Source: Bispira polyomma (Eukaryota). Taken from it: a stretch of 64,000 bases of DNA. The stretch covers positions 12,586,001 to 12,650,000 of the forward strand of contig OZ287759.1 of the NCBI GenBank assembly GCA_965649765.1, in the 5' to 3' direction. Below, in pieces: positions 13,385 to 26,793 of this stretch. Positions within the stretch are counted from its first letter, which is position 1, and the number at the start of each line of letters is the position of its first letter. Made by a program: the position numbers and the translations under genes. The notes below the pieces were generated by a model. That model saw only the letters and a program-made list of their open reading frames with translations. It made no database searches and was not told the origin of the DNA.

Positions 13385-15046
13385 TAACAAAAACCTTGTG
13401 TCATAAAATACAGAAACATCAGCATATGAACAAATTTAGAGACGACATCCTGGAAACAAATCTCATCAAACATCCATGCAAAAATGCTGACAGCCTTGGC
13501 TTACAATACAATCACTGCCTTTCTACTATCCTTGATAAACATGTGCCTTGGGTATCTAAAACCCTTCCCCCAACTCAAACCCATGAATGGACCAACGCCG
13601 CCATTACAGAGCCCAAAAGACGCAAACGCCAACTTGAGCATCAATGGCGACGCACAAAATCCTCCTTTAACAGAAGTCGTTACCATATCGCTACAAACAA
13701 TTACAACAGGCTAATATCTGATGCAAAAAAGCAACATTATGACTCTATCATCAGTGAAAATCAGGATAATCCCAAAAGGTTATGGGCCTCCATAAACAAA
13801 ATTCTACATTGAACATCGGAGAAAGTTCTCCCCATAAACCACTGCCTAACTTTTTTAGCTGAAAAATTTGGAAAATTTTTTATAGAAAAAATCAGCGACA
13901 TTCGTCACGGCTTTCCAACGATGCATCACTTCAGTCCCCTAGCCCCAGGATATAAGGCTTCTAACCTGTTTCATTTCAGTACACTGTCTGAGCAGGAAGT
14001 TCTGAAACTGATAAAATGTTCTCTATTAAATCTTGTGAATTAGATCCCATCCCAGCAGCTATTCTAAATCAATGTCTTGACATTCTAGTCACACCCATAA
14101 CAAACATATTAAATTTTCTCCTTTGGGATGGTGTTTTTCCCACCTGTTTCAAGACGGCTAATGTTACTTCCTTGATTAAAAAACAAGGGCTTGGTAAAAA
14201 CCAGCTCAAAAACTACAGACTGGTGTCAAACCTCAGCTTCGTCTCAAAAGTCATCGAGAAAGCTGTAGCTCAACAAATTTCTGACCACCTTAATAGACAA
14301 AACATTGAAAATCGCCACCAGTCAGCTTACAGAAAGTTTCACTCTACAGAAAGTGCCCTTTCTTCCGTCAGCAATGACATCAATCTTGCACGGGACCGCA
14401 ATGATACAGTGGCCCTCACCTTTCTGGATCTCTCAGCTGCATTCGACACTATTGATCATGTCCTGCTCTGTGACACTCTCAAGCAGTGGTTCAGTATAAA
14501 TGGCTGTGTCCTTAAATGGATCAGATCCTACCTTACTCCTAGGGCTCAAAGAATTAAATTAGATTATCACCTATCATCTTCCATAAAGCTACCATATGGA
14601 GTACCCCAGAGGTACGTCCTTGGCCCTCTACTTTTTACCCTTTATACACATCCTCTCAGCAATGTCATCAATAAACACAGTATAAAACACCACATGTATG
14701 CAGATGACAATCAAGTCCATCTCTCTCTCAATCCAAAAAATGCAAATACAAACATAGACCTGCTTGCAGACTGTCTGGCAGACAGTCTTAACTCTGATAA
14801 TACAACTGAAACACACAGGAAGCAAGAAAAATAAACATTGAACTCCTCAAATCTTTGTTTCCCATCTCCCTGCTGGGAAAAGATATACTACCTTTCGAAA
14901 ATGCCAAAAACCTGTGTGTCACTTTTGATTCAGCTTTTTCGTTCGACACTCATGTTGCCAACATCAGTTACTCCTGCTATTACCATATACGCGACATCAA
15001 AAGAATCAGAAACCACTTGTCCATGGACACAGCGATAACTGTGCAT
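13385..15046 (+). pseudogene. decayed L2/CR1-group LINE ORF2 (reverse transcriptase)
   Basis: RT motifs KSCELDPIP, NYRLVSNLSF, QSAYRKFHSTE, LDLSAAFDTIDH, GVPQ and YADD, broken by a stop at ~13810 and by frameshifts. Confidence 0.92.
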
Positions 15047-16961
15047 TAAAAATCTATAATAATAATAGATAGATTTTTTTTGTTGTATTGACATGTAAAT
15101 ACAAAAAATTTAAACATAGAATGTTTTAGTTTTGTTTTTTACTCATCCCAACATAAGCTGTCACTTTAAACACATCTACATTATTTACAGGTCATATTTC
15201 AAATTCATTAATACTTTGTCATACATGTATGTAACCAATTTTAAACAATGAAATGGCTATTTAAATAAAATTTACTTATGCTCGAACAAGGTACTTTGAA
15301 AAATCTTTTTGGCAATTTTTGTTAACATATATAAATTTCTCTGTTGTCCATGGATGAAAAACCTTCAAATTGTGATGCTATATTGCAATACATTTGTTCT
15401 CGTAAGGAATTATAAACTGAAATATAAAGTATTATACATAAGTATGGTATGCACAGTGATTATTCTAATTATAATGAAAACTTATGTTGTGAGAATCAGA
15501 ATCCTAATATTGATGATGTTGCACATATATAAATATTATTCAGGACCTATTGATATATATATATATATATATATATTTGTGCATTACCAGTGTGTATGTA
15601 CATAAATGTCTCCATATTTATTATGTGTGGAATTTCCATGCAGCGAAAAAAAGAGACAAGTACAGTATTATTTCAAGTAACGGGTAGCCTGTGATTAGTG
15701 GATATCTATTTGTCATTTATTATATAACTGACAAATATGTATTGACTATCAGCACAATTAATTGTAGGATATTGATATTGTTACTTTTTGCCAAATAAAT
15801 ATATTTTGTGCCACGTGCAGATTGGTTTCTGTTCTCCTGATTTGGTTTGGCGACCATTGGTCACACTAAAACAACATAGGTTTTAATCATGCCTATAAAT
15901 GTTAGGTTCTGTGAATTTGGTTATAAAATGGTTTGGAAGACCATGACATGACCTAAATTTAAAAGATTGGCTGTGAAATATGGTAATAAATTGTAATTGT
16001 AATTAGACTTTTGTAGCGCTTAATCTCCCCTTTACAAAAGAGGACTCTAAGGCGCAACAGCACCAAGACAGTGATCCAATTTCAATATCCAGGGACAGAA
16101 AAAAGATCAAGCACCACAGAGAGGATGATTAAGACTAATAAGAATGTAAAGCCAACATCAAAGAAACGTATATATTATTATAAATTTTGGGGTGTAATTT
16201 TATTAGGTTAATAACTGTACAGTATTTTCAAAGAGGCCACCATGTGTCCTAACCAATACGTTTTTGTAGTTGAATAGAAATGTAACCAAAGCCTATGGGG
16301 GTTTGGACCCAGATTAAATTGCATATACAATTCTATTCATAGTGCTTGCAGTCCAGAAAAACATTAGGCCATATCTTTATGCTCACTTATAACACTTGAT
16401 ACACTGAATTTATATAGTTTTGACAATATAATATTGATAACAAATTTTCATTTTCATACTGTGGGTACATGAACAGGAGAAACATGATGACAAGGTTATA
16501 TAATATACATTATAATTAAAAGAAATATAATACACACAGCTAGCAGGTTGGAAATTATTAACATATACAAACAAAATTTAGCAAATAATTTATTTCTGAA
16601 GAAAAGAGCACATTCTCTTGTGTCTGATGTACAAAAGATTCATTATACTCCAACATTATGATAGTCGCCTTGGCAGGTGTAATTTCTTCCTCAAATCAGG
16701 AACTCCTTGTGCTAAAATCAAAAATTGTTGGATAAGGTTTATGACTTCCAACAAGGAGGTTATGTTTTTGCCAGATTCCATCTTGCATTAAACTTCTCAA
16801 TTCATTTTGTTGGAAGGAGAGATAGGCAAAGGTTGAATGTGTTAAATCTTAAAGTGGATCCGGGAGGAAGACCCAACAGGAATCATTATATTGTTTTTGG
16901 CATTGTGGCACTTTAGCCAAGGTCTAAACTCATAATAAGTACCCTAACAGTTTGAATCAGT

Positions 16962-19899
16962 TCAGTGTATGGTTTCCCATGTATTGTCAGTTTTTGCTCC
17001 ACTTTTTTTCTTTAGACATGGGCAACATTTCAGAAATAATACTAGGAAAAAATCCATCACTTCCATTATGCTAACAATACTTGCACCTAAGTACAAACCC
17101 AGCTGTCCACCAATGTTGGACAGAAGCTGTACAAGATTCATGCTAGGCTGTTGCTCCATGATGGTGTAATACATGTCTTCAAAGTACACATGTACTTGAC
17201 TGTAACGTGCTGCAATTTCCTGTTGATCTGTTATTGGCCAACCTCTTGAGCGGGCATAATGAGACACTTGGTTATTTGGAAATTTAGTGGATGACACTCG
17301 CTTTTCAAACTTCACACTGACACACTTGGGTAAGCAACCACAATCGAGTCCATTCTTATAAAGGTCAAGTATCTTGTCATATTGTAGTATTTGCAGATCG
17401 TACAAGCTGCATTCAGGATGTGTTTGATTTCCACCTGTCGATTCTTCTACACAAGACGGAGATGATATATGATTCATTAAGCAATGGTAATTGCACTCTT
17501 CTTTGGAGTACCCTGGCCAAGAGTCCATGTTGCCTGCAGAAACATCTGCATCATCTTCTACACAGTCTTCTTCAGAGAAAGGCTTTGGCAGTCTCTTTGT
17601 GACTTGCTTTTGCAGTGATATATATACCACTTGACCCGGTGCAATTGTTAAACCTTCAATGCTGACTTGGGGAAATACTGCCTGATCATGGATGAGAAGC
17701 ACAAAACCTTGGCCACTCTCCATAGCTGTGATGTAGTCATCTGGGTTTACATCCAGGGTGAGGCTAACTGTGTAAAGTAACCCAGGATATTTCCGTTCCA
17801 TGGGCTTTGTATGCCCTGTTCCAGTATTGAATGAATAACAAAATCCCCTGTCGGTCAACGCAGATGTGACATACTCGGAGCAGTTTAAATAGAACAGGTT
17901 ACTGTCACGACATTCGATGAAAGTTTCCACAATGGTCGGAGCTGTCCTCACATAGAAATCATAGAGTGCCGTTGTTGTCAGGGCCTTTATGACAGCCTCA
18001 TCTGAGAAGTAACTTGGGAGGTTGGAAGCATTTTGATAGAGATCCATATAAAATGGTTCGAGGTCAGGGAAGTGTTGTTTTATCTTACTTTTGCTGTTCA
18101 AGTTATAATTACATAGGGTGATCACTGGTAATGTCAGAGAATTGTTTGATTCTTTGATAATGCTAATTCTGGACTCATACCTGTAAACATAGATACAACA
18201 TTATTTTATAAGCACTTGTATATCATTAACCTAACGAGGAGATTGTTCTAACAACAGAGCATTTTTTACTTTCCACAGGCAAGGGTAGGCAAGGTTGCCT
18301 AGTGTTTAGAAGTGTCGAATCCTGCTTTTTCCTTCATGTCGGAAACTTTGTCAGGTACTTTTGCTGTTGTCCAGTAGTTTCTTCTACCATTAAATCTGGT
18401 AATCGATATGACATAAGCTGTTGAAACCCAGCTAAGTATTCCCAAAGGCAAATGGTGTGTAGGGATCTTTGCCAGGATGTTTAGTCTTAATGACCACTGT
18501 GACCAGGAGAGAACACACAGTCCAGTATAGCAATATAGTAATAGTATACACTTCTTGGTATTTGAGGAAATGGGACCTATAATGATATTTGAGTTACTTT
18601 GAATTATTTTTGTGGTGTATATCTTAATTCCTTCATGTATGTTGTGATATTATACCTCGGCGGTGAATCCACCGATCCTATTGGTTAAAATGCGATCATG
18701 TGACGTAAAATAAAACCTAATATGGACCTCTGATAATTTGTTATGGCCCTCTAAAAATTTGATATGGCCCCCTAAAAAATGCTTTGGTATAATAATATTA
18801 TGTTTCTATAATCTGACCAAAATCTTGCTCTCCCAAAATGGTTAGATGATAGAGGTTCTACTGTAACCACTTTCAGAACAAATCAATCCTGTTCTATAAA
18901 TATGCTTGTTTTCATTATAACTGAAACATCATCTATTCTTTAAAGGAAGTTGCCCCAAGTTACCCTTATGCAATGTGAATATTATTTCGGTTCATATTAT
19001 TTTTACCCTAAATTTGTGAAGATTTAGTTTTACCCCGCTTTCAACAAGTTAGGTCATATTGCAACGGTCATATTTAATGATGGACGGAACCAGTGCTGGA
19101 GTACTCTAAATCACCAAAGAAGTACCTGAAAAAATGTCTCACATGAAGATAAGAATGGGATTCGATCCCACAATGAATGAGAACACTGATTATTAGCAGG
19201 CACTTCTAACCACTAAGCCACTGCAGCCCCTATTTTTACCTAGAAGATGTAAGCTTTTACAGTTTATTAAATGTTGGAGGTTTTGACACTTAATCAAGGT
19301 TTAAATACAGAAAATTGTATACCTTAAGATGAAACTACATTCCAACTGTGTATTATTAAATGAATGAAATAGGGTATTTTTTTACAGCTCACAAACAGAA
19401 CACAGCATATTTTTAAATGCGCTTCCTCAAAAGCTGCCACTATGGGTGCCGAGGTTTACTTCAGGATGACCATTTATCAACATCCCTAAGGATCATTAAT
19501 ATGCAACTTGATGTTATTCCACCAAATGAAATAGAACCAGGGACCTTCTGATCATTAGACCAACACCCAAACCACTAGAGGGATCATTGTGTGTGTTATA
19601 GCTGGTATGTTATAAGCTAATACTAGTAGAGACATATAAAAGATTTACATACCCTATACTCTATTCTACTCTATACAAATTCTAGAGTCTATGCGGGAAA
19701 AAGGTACTTGCCTGTTATATTGCAATGCTGTATCAATAAGTGTCCAGAGAAACAGCACCGTCATTGCTAATAAAATTAGACACCAAACAATTCTTCTTAA
19801 TAAAAATGTTTTCTCGCAAGCTATCCTCACGCCGTGAAAAGTTGTTTCTGTTGAAAAATCTGCCATTTCTTTGCTCCATTTTATTTCTTCCTTCTCCAT
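16962..19899 (-). CDS. DEG/ENaC (amiloride-sensitive Na+ channel family) subunit, copy A, ~468 aa; exons 19899-19712 and 18180-16962
   Basis: TTFHG gating motif, TM1, LPVITLCN, GFCYSFN, Cys-rich thumb, TM2 LLSNIGGQLGLYLGAS. Phase-2 intron with donor AG|GCAAGT and acceptor TTTACAG. Confidence 0.93.
19030..19230 (-). mobile_element. older tRNA-derived SINE related to family A
   Basis: The reverse strand has TGGCTTAGTGG and GGATCGAATCCC. Similar decayed copies at ~18285-18435 (+) and ~58820-59035 (+). Confidence 0.65.
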
Positions 19900-20569
19900 T
19901 TTGGACTAGCTTGAACAAAATAATTTATATATTCATCTAAATGAAAAGATTATAAAAGCAAAATGTCTGAAAAAAGTTAAAAGCGGTAGTATTCAATATT
20001 GCAGAGTTGACATTTGCTCTGATGAAGTCATTTGTGATCAGGTAATGGCACATACCATACATAGTCCAAAATGGATTATTTATGTTTACTTCGTCAATAT
20101 CTGGAGCAAATTTCCCATTTGGTACCATTATGAAAATTAATTGGACTAAGTGCAGCAGGAACTAACAAGATATTAAAAAGTTTGATCATTTTTATTAGTT
20201 ATGTTAAGCTTTTAAAAAGCACCAAAATTGATAAATCAATCCTCTAAGGCGCTTGTCGGAGACTAGGGATCAATAGTCCTAAAACTTAACATCGATCATC
20301 ATCATAAGGCAATGGTGTGTTCACATCTTGCCCAAAGCTGTTCTACCCCAGTAACTGTTATTTAGAATAGAGTCAATCAATTTTTCGGCCAAAAGTATTG
20401 CAGTCTTCTTTAAACTTATTGTTTTGTCCAGGGTGCAGCTCGGTCTACTTTAATTTCGGATTTCACCTCTCTCTTTCAAAGCATGCCAAAAGTATAATTA
20501 TCTCAGTGCAGGAGTTCACAGGCTGCTTCTTTGTTCAACAATTCAGGTGAATGAATGTGGGATTAGAAG

Positions 20570-21060
20570 GTGTCAAAAACGTGCTGACAAATTATAGACC
20601 CGTCAGCTTTGTCTCTGAACTCACTGAGCAAGCTGTTGCAAAACCAATTTATGACCACCTTAACAAACAAGATATTCCTAACTCACACCAATCTGCTTGC
20701 TCAAAGTTTCACTCAATGGAAAAGTGCCCTCATTTCCATCAGTAATAACATAAACATTGCAAAACTGTAGCCCTCACCCTTCTAGATCTCTCAACAGCTT
20801 TTGATACCATGGACCATTGTCTACTTTGTTTTGGACTAAATAGCACCATTCTCAATTAGATTGTATCTGGCTCTCATAACCAAAAAAATCAACCCAGATG
20901 ATCACTTTTCATGCTTATTCAACCTACCTAAGAGTTTGGTCCTCCTCTGGCTTCCACCTTTTTACCCTATGCACACATCCAACCAGTACAGTCATCAATA
21001 ATCACAGTGTTAACGTGCTGACTACACTCAAATCTATCTCTCACTCAACACTTGAAATGC
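20570..21060 (+). pseudogene. highly decayed LINE RT fragment
   Basis: NYRP..FVS, HQSA..KFHS and LDLSTAFDT remnants, similar to the 13385-15046 element. Confidence 0.75.
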
Positions 21061-21189
21061 CCACAAATATCTTGGTCTTGTTTGAATTGGGTTTTGTATC
21101 ACAATAGGTGTCACTTTCTCTTGAGTGCAAGTGCCAAACACTCTGCCAACATTAATAATATTAATGCGGTGGCTCCTTAATTTTTTATT

Positions 21190-21830
21190 GCCTTGTCTTT
21201 GCACACATTTGTCTTATGGCTACCATTACACATTTCACAAGTGTGCTTGTAAAATTGATCCCCTGTGTTATGGGTACTAGAATACTTGTAAGTTCCTTCT
21301 TAAAAGAACCTGCAAGTAGTATAGCTCTTTTTGTAGCTACCCTTTTTCACATTTGCATTGGCAGTGCGGCCATTCGCCCCATTGAAATTTTTTAAACTGG
21401 AGATATGGTGTTGTGCGTGAGCCCCAGGTATTCTGTCGACTTTTTTGACACGCCTTAGCCGCCTCCCAAGAAAAATCATAGGCATCTTCCATTAGACCAC
21501 CCATGTAATCGAGCATGGGATTTTTGATTTCTAATGATTTCTCCTCGTGAGTGATTCTAGTAAGGCACAGACCCACTGTACCAAGGTGAGGTCATCATAG
21601 CTAGGTTCTGTTTTGGCACTACCCGTTAATACATAAGTTTGTGGCCATTCAACGAATTTTTTGACAAGTAATTTACTTCTTCCACTTCTCTCTGACTTTA
21701 ATTTACCTTGTGAGGGAGTCTCGTTAAGGGTTTTGAGATCCTTAATTCTCTGCTCTACTTGCCACTGAATTTGGGCATTATCTCTCAAAAATTGGGCACT
21801 ACGTACAACTGTCTTGGCCTGAACCTGAAC
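21190..21830 (-). mobile_element. DIRS/Ngaro-type retrotransposon gag-like ORF1 remnant
   Basis: Frameshifted pieces WPQ..V....PSYDDLT..QWV and MLDY...LMEDAYDFSW.AAK, followed by a C-terminal Cys/His finger (HTCEMC...H....C). The pattern is recalled from Ngaro-like ORF1 proteins. Confidence 0.6.
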
Positions 21831-22521
21831 GGCTGTTACTCATGTCAACAGAAACTACATTAGCCATAGAACTAGAAAGAATAGTGTGACTTGCCTGTCT
21901 ACTTTTTTGTCATCCAAAGTACAATTTTTTGAAAATACTAGTCGTTCTGTTGACAAAACGGTAAAAAAGCGAGAAAATTTTAAAAAGGAGGATGCTTATA
22001 TAGCCATCAATCCCATAATGATCAGACTGGTACCCCAGAACTGAGGCTGAGAACGCTGGGTGCGTTCGCTTACAGAATCAAAACAGACTGTGGGTGATGG
22101 GGAGCGAAAGAAAGGTTAAGAATTTCTATGAGACTGAATTGGGTTAACACAGAATATGCAATTTTGGGGATAATTTTTTCTTTAAATTCAAATAGTTGCC
22201 TGGGTTAAGTTATTCTAAACTGTACCATAAAAGTTCTGTAATCAAAACAAATTGACTTTTAAAAAAACAATGACCTCCTAACATTGTTACCAACACCAGA
22301 AATATTTTACTTTTTGAAAACAGGTAAACCATCTTTGAAACCTTCTTTTGGTAAAATTCACACGCATAATATTTTACATTAAAAAGTATTTATTGGCCTT
22401 TAAATTGTATTGTGATTTTAGCAAGAATGTATCTATACAGGTGTTGTAAAAAAAAATTTAATTTGAATATATATATTTGTTTCAAAAAGAATGTTTAGAA
22501 AAAATTAATAAAAAGTTTGTT

Positions 22522-24896
22522 TCAACTATGTTTAGGTAATTTAGGTAGAACTTTGATTTTTGTTACATGGCGATTGTTACGTTTTCTACTACAAGGGCAG
22601 TACTTTATGGCCAGTACAATAATAAAATCAAGCAATTCCAATATGCTGATGATACTACCACCTACATATAAAGCCATTTGTCCACCAATGTTTGAGACAA
22701 GCTGAACCAGATTCACTCTTGGCTTTTGCTCCAAAATAGTATAATCCATGTCTTTAAAGTATATATGAAGCTGAACATAGCGTGAAGAAATGGCATCAGC
22801 ATCAGTGATCGGCCAGCCTTGGGACTTCGCATAGGCAGGCACCTGCTGATTTGGAAACTTTGAGACGGTTATCATTTGTTCAAATTCATTCTTAACACAA
22901 GTTGGTGGACAGTCACAGTCAAGACCATGCTTGTATATGCTTATATATTTGTAAAATTCAGACACTTGTGCATGGTACAGTGAACAGGAGGTCTTAGATG
23001 TGTTTGAGTTGTGAGTTTGGAGTAAAGTGCAGTCCGGGGAAAGATAGTCCATAAGACACAGAAATTCACACTCTTCTTGGGAATAATTTGGCCAAGAATA
23101 CATTCCTTGTGGTAGGGCTTTCACGTCATCTTCACTTAAACAGTCCTGTGATGAGTATGGTTTGGATAAACTCTTTGTTACTTTCTTAAGCAGAGAAACA
23201 TGGACCTCCTGGCCTGGGCTGACAACAAACCCATTCGATGTTGGTCGGGGGTACACTGCTTGGTCATGGATCAACACCATAAATGCTTCACCCAGCTGCC
23301 AAGATGTCAGGTAGTCATGAGCTCTAGTATCTATTGTTAGCCTTATGTCATATATCAGACCGGGATATGACCTTTCTATAGCCGCCGTAGATCCATGGCC
23401 AGTATTGAAGGAGTAGCACAGTCCTCTTTCAGTAAGATGTGCTTGAGTGTATTCACTACAGTTCAAGGAATATGTCCTGCTGTCAATACATTCTATAAAT
23501 GTCTCTTTCACATTAGCAGATGTCTTATAAAACAAATCTGAAAGTGTTGTATTTTTCAGAGTGTCAATGACTGTTGCATTGGATAGATGATTTGGTACTT
23601 CAGAAAGGTCTGCGTTCAGGTCTGTGTAAAACTCCTCCAATTCTGGGTAATATTGCCTTATCTTGCTTTTACTTACAAAATTTGTATTACAGAGTGTTAT
23701 AACTGGCAGCGTCAGAAGTGAGCCATTGTTTTCTGTGGTAATGCTAATTGTAGATGTAAACCTGAAACATTAAAACAAGTTGATATTCATTATTTCATTT
23801 TTTTCAGCTTCATGATGGCTGCAAGTTTAAATGAAGTCCCAGAGTCATATTACAGTGTTAGGTCATTACACAATATATGTTTTATGTTTTGTTAAGAATA
23901 AAACGATGCAAGTGGTTCAGTTTTCACAAATTATGAGTAATTTGTGCTGCTGATCTAGAATTGTTGTGTTAAAAATGTAAAAACTTTTTCTGAGTTAACC
24001 TCATCCCAACACATCACCTCTTGACATAGATCTAGAATAATTTGAATTCAGTTGACTTTTAAACAGACGTCACTCTTCGCCTCAAGAAACTACACTGGTT
24101 TTCCATTCATTCTGGAATTTTGTTCAAAATTTGTGTTACCACATTCAAGGCTGTAGTCACTCAACAGCCCTCCTACCTCGCTTCCCTTCTGTCTTTCAGT
24201 AACCTGAAGAGTGGCAATACACTCTCTGTTTCTTCTGTTAAACCCACCAGGAAGGCAGGATCCAGAGCTTTCTTCATTGCAGCTCCCTTGTTATGGAACA
24301 GTCTCCCAGTTGACCTCAGATCGGTAGATACACTTATTGGTTTTACAAAAAAGCTCAAAACCTATCTTTTTAACCTTGCATACCCACCGTAGTTTCTTCC
24401 TGTACACCCCACATCTTTCCTTATGACCTTGCTATGCCCATAGACTTCCTGATTGGATAACTGATTCTGCTGTTGTGCTTTAGAAGATACCTAGCATCAA
24501 TTAAGCGTGTTAAAAATGCATCTAATAAGCCACCACACATAAGGATAATTAAGTACCAATCGTGCAAAAAAAGTAGCAATGATGGCAATGCTCTTTAAAA
24601 AGTCTAATAGTTTAAAATTCTAACAATTCTATTCACAATAAAAAATTGTGATGGTGTATATTTGGTTAAACAATTTTAATGTACCTGCTATATAACAGTA
24701 CTAGGTCTGTGACCAAGTAAACAAACATGCCAAACATCATCAGTAAAATGATTATCCATAATATCCTCCTGAAGAGGACAATCCTGCCACATAGGAGTCT
24801 TACTCCATGAAATGTTGTAAGCGAGGAAAATTCCTCTATGTCCTTCTTCAATGTAGGAGTTTCTTCGTCCATTGATGTAGTATGTGTATCTGACAT
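22522..24896 (-). CDS. DEG/ENaC subunit, copy B, ~483 aa; exons 24896-24685 and 23761-22522
   Basis: TTFHG, LPVITLCN, GLCYSFN, thumb cysteines, TM2 LVSNIGGQMALYVGGS. GT-AG phase-2 intron at the same position as in copies A and C. Confidence 0.93.
24070..24528 (+). mobile_element. L2-type LINE 3' end in the intron of channel B
   Basis: LKKLHW...FKI...GSRAF..AAP.LWNSLP...F.KKLKTYLF..AYPP followed by a tail. The tail alone also occurs at ~26795-26890, ~31462-31557 (-) and ~57803-57905. Confidence 0.85.
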
Positions 24897-25454
24897 AATA
24901 TGTGTATACCTGATTTCAATTTCAGTTCTAACTCACATACATCATGTCACTCTGGAATTACATCAGATAACATTTCACTAGCTGGCTTCACTTACATCCT
25001 GCTTTCATAGTGTTCACACTTGTTTTATCTTTTGTGTTGATTTAGTCATGCAGTTAAAGTTTTTGTTAGCTACAAACGGGTTTTGGCTTTTTCAAATCTT
25101 TTTCCAGTCAATATACATTATACTCTATGTAAAGTAAATATTTGACCATAAATGAGCCATTTAAGGTATTGATTGTCCTATTATCCTGCTAATGCATTCT
25201 ACCTGAGGCATTTTAAAAATAGATATTCTGGCTTTGATGAGTGAAGCCTTTACATTTCTGATTAATGAAATGGTAGTACGGATATATATATTAACAATGC
25301 AAATATGTAAATCAGTTCAGACCTTCCAACACTTTTAAACCCCCTAAACATGTCAAATATCAAATGTCTCCATCAACCAACTGCAACTCCCTTTTGTTTG
25401 GAGTAAAAAAGTCACAGATTGAAAATCTCCAGTCCATTTAAAACTACTTATGTA

Positions 25455-26793
25455 GGGTGATTTTTCGCATGGGCAGTCGTACCTATGTCACTCCATTCCT
25501 CAAAAACCTACACTAGCTTCCAATTCATTATAGAATTGTGTGACTTTGCCATGTCAATTTGCCAGGTGGTGCCCTTAAATGATATATGTCATATCTGTCA
25601 AATAGGTGTTGGTCTATAAAGATTTGCAGCGCTACATCTGTTCCAAGTATCCTGAAGTACAGGGTGCCACAGGGATCAGTTCTGGGCCCCATACAGTTTT
25701 CTATGTACACTGCACCTCTAGAAAAACTCATCTCTGCCTTTAAATCACTGAAATATGATTTTTATGCAGATGATACCCGGGTATATTGCCACATCACCCT
25801 GGATGAAACGGAAACCACCTTCAGCCATCTCGAGAAGTGCCTAAGTGACATCCAATCATGATTGAATTCAAACAAGCTCAAGCTTAATCCTTCTAAGACA
25901 GAGTTTATGGTGTTCGGAGCGGCAGCCATGCGAAAGAGGTTAGAACCTCTACTCCCAACCCACATACTTGGCAAGAGGTTTGAGGCAGCTGAATCAGTGT
26001 GGATCCTTGGTGTCATATTTGACTGTGATTTCTCTTTCAAAAAGCAGGTGGATGCTGTTTGCAGGTCATGTTTGTTAGTCTTTGAGACCTACGGAGAATC
26101 AGACAGTACCTACAAAGGACCGTGGCCATCTTGGCGGCAAACGCACTTGTCAGTAGCAGACTGGACTACTGTAATTCACTATATTGTGGTTTATCCTAAG
26201 GTAACCTGAGAAGATTGCAGTGTCTGCAAAATGCGTTTGCACGAGTTGTCACAGGTTCCCACAAGTGGTCCCACCTTATACAAGTGCTCAAGTCTCTACA
26301 TTGGCTCCCTGTTAAAGAGAGAATCGCTTTCAAAACTGCAACCCTCATTTACAAAAATTTTAACTCTGGGCAGCCGCAGTACTTCCATTAATACATAAAT
26401 TACTACACATCCTCTGTCAATACCAGACGTACTGTTGCTACAAAGAAATACCTAATTCTTCCCACCTTTAATCCTCTGACTCATAAGTCTAAAACTCATT
26501 TTGATGGATCATTTGCAAATAACAGACCTAGACTTTGGAACAGCCTCCCACTTGCTGTACGATCTGCCCCCACACTGTCATCTTTCAGGCGTAAGCTTAA
26601 GACTCGCCTGTTTCATGAAGCCTACCCCCCTTAGCACCTTTTCCTCTGGTTGCGCAAACGCTTTCTGATGCCGACCCTTTTTTCTTATGGATTTACGATA
26701 TTGCCTCTACCCCTTATGTTTTATCACGCCTTAAAATTCGATATACATTAAAATTAAGCGCACAAAATGTTTGTATATAATAATAATAATAAT
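25455..26793 (+). mobile_element. L2-type LINE 3' half, decayed
   Basis: VPQGSVLGP, YADDT, LKLNPSKTEF, SRLDYCNS, LHWLP and RLWNSLP motifs with stops/frameshifts; (TAA)n tail. Confidence 0.9.

Noticed and set aside
13249-15049. Functional reverse transcriptase gene
   Set aside because: In-frame stop, frameshifts, and no endonuclease domain or 3' end.
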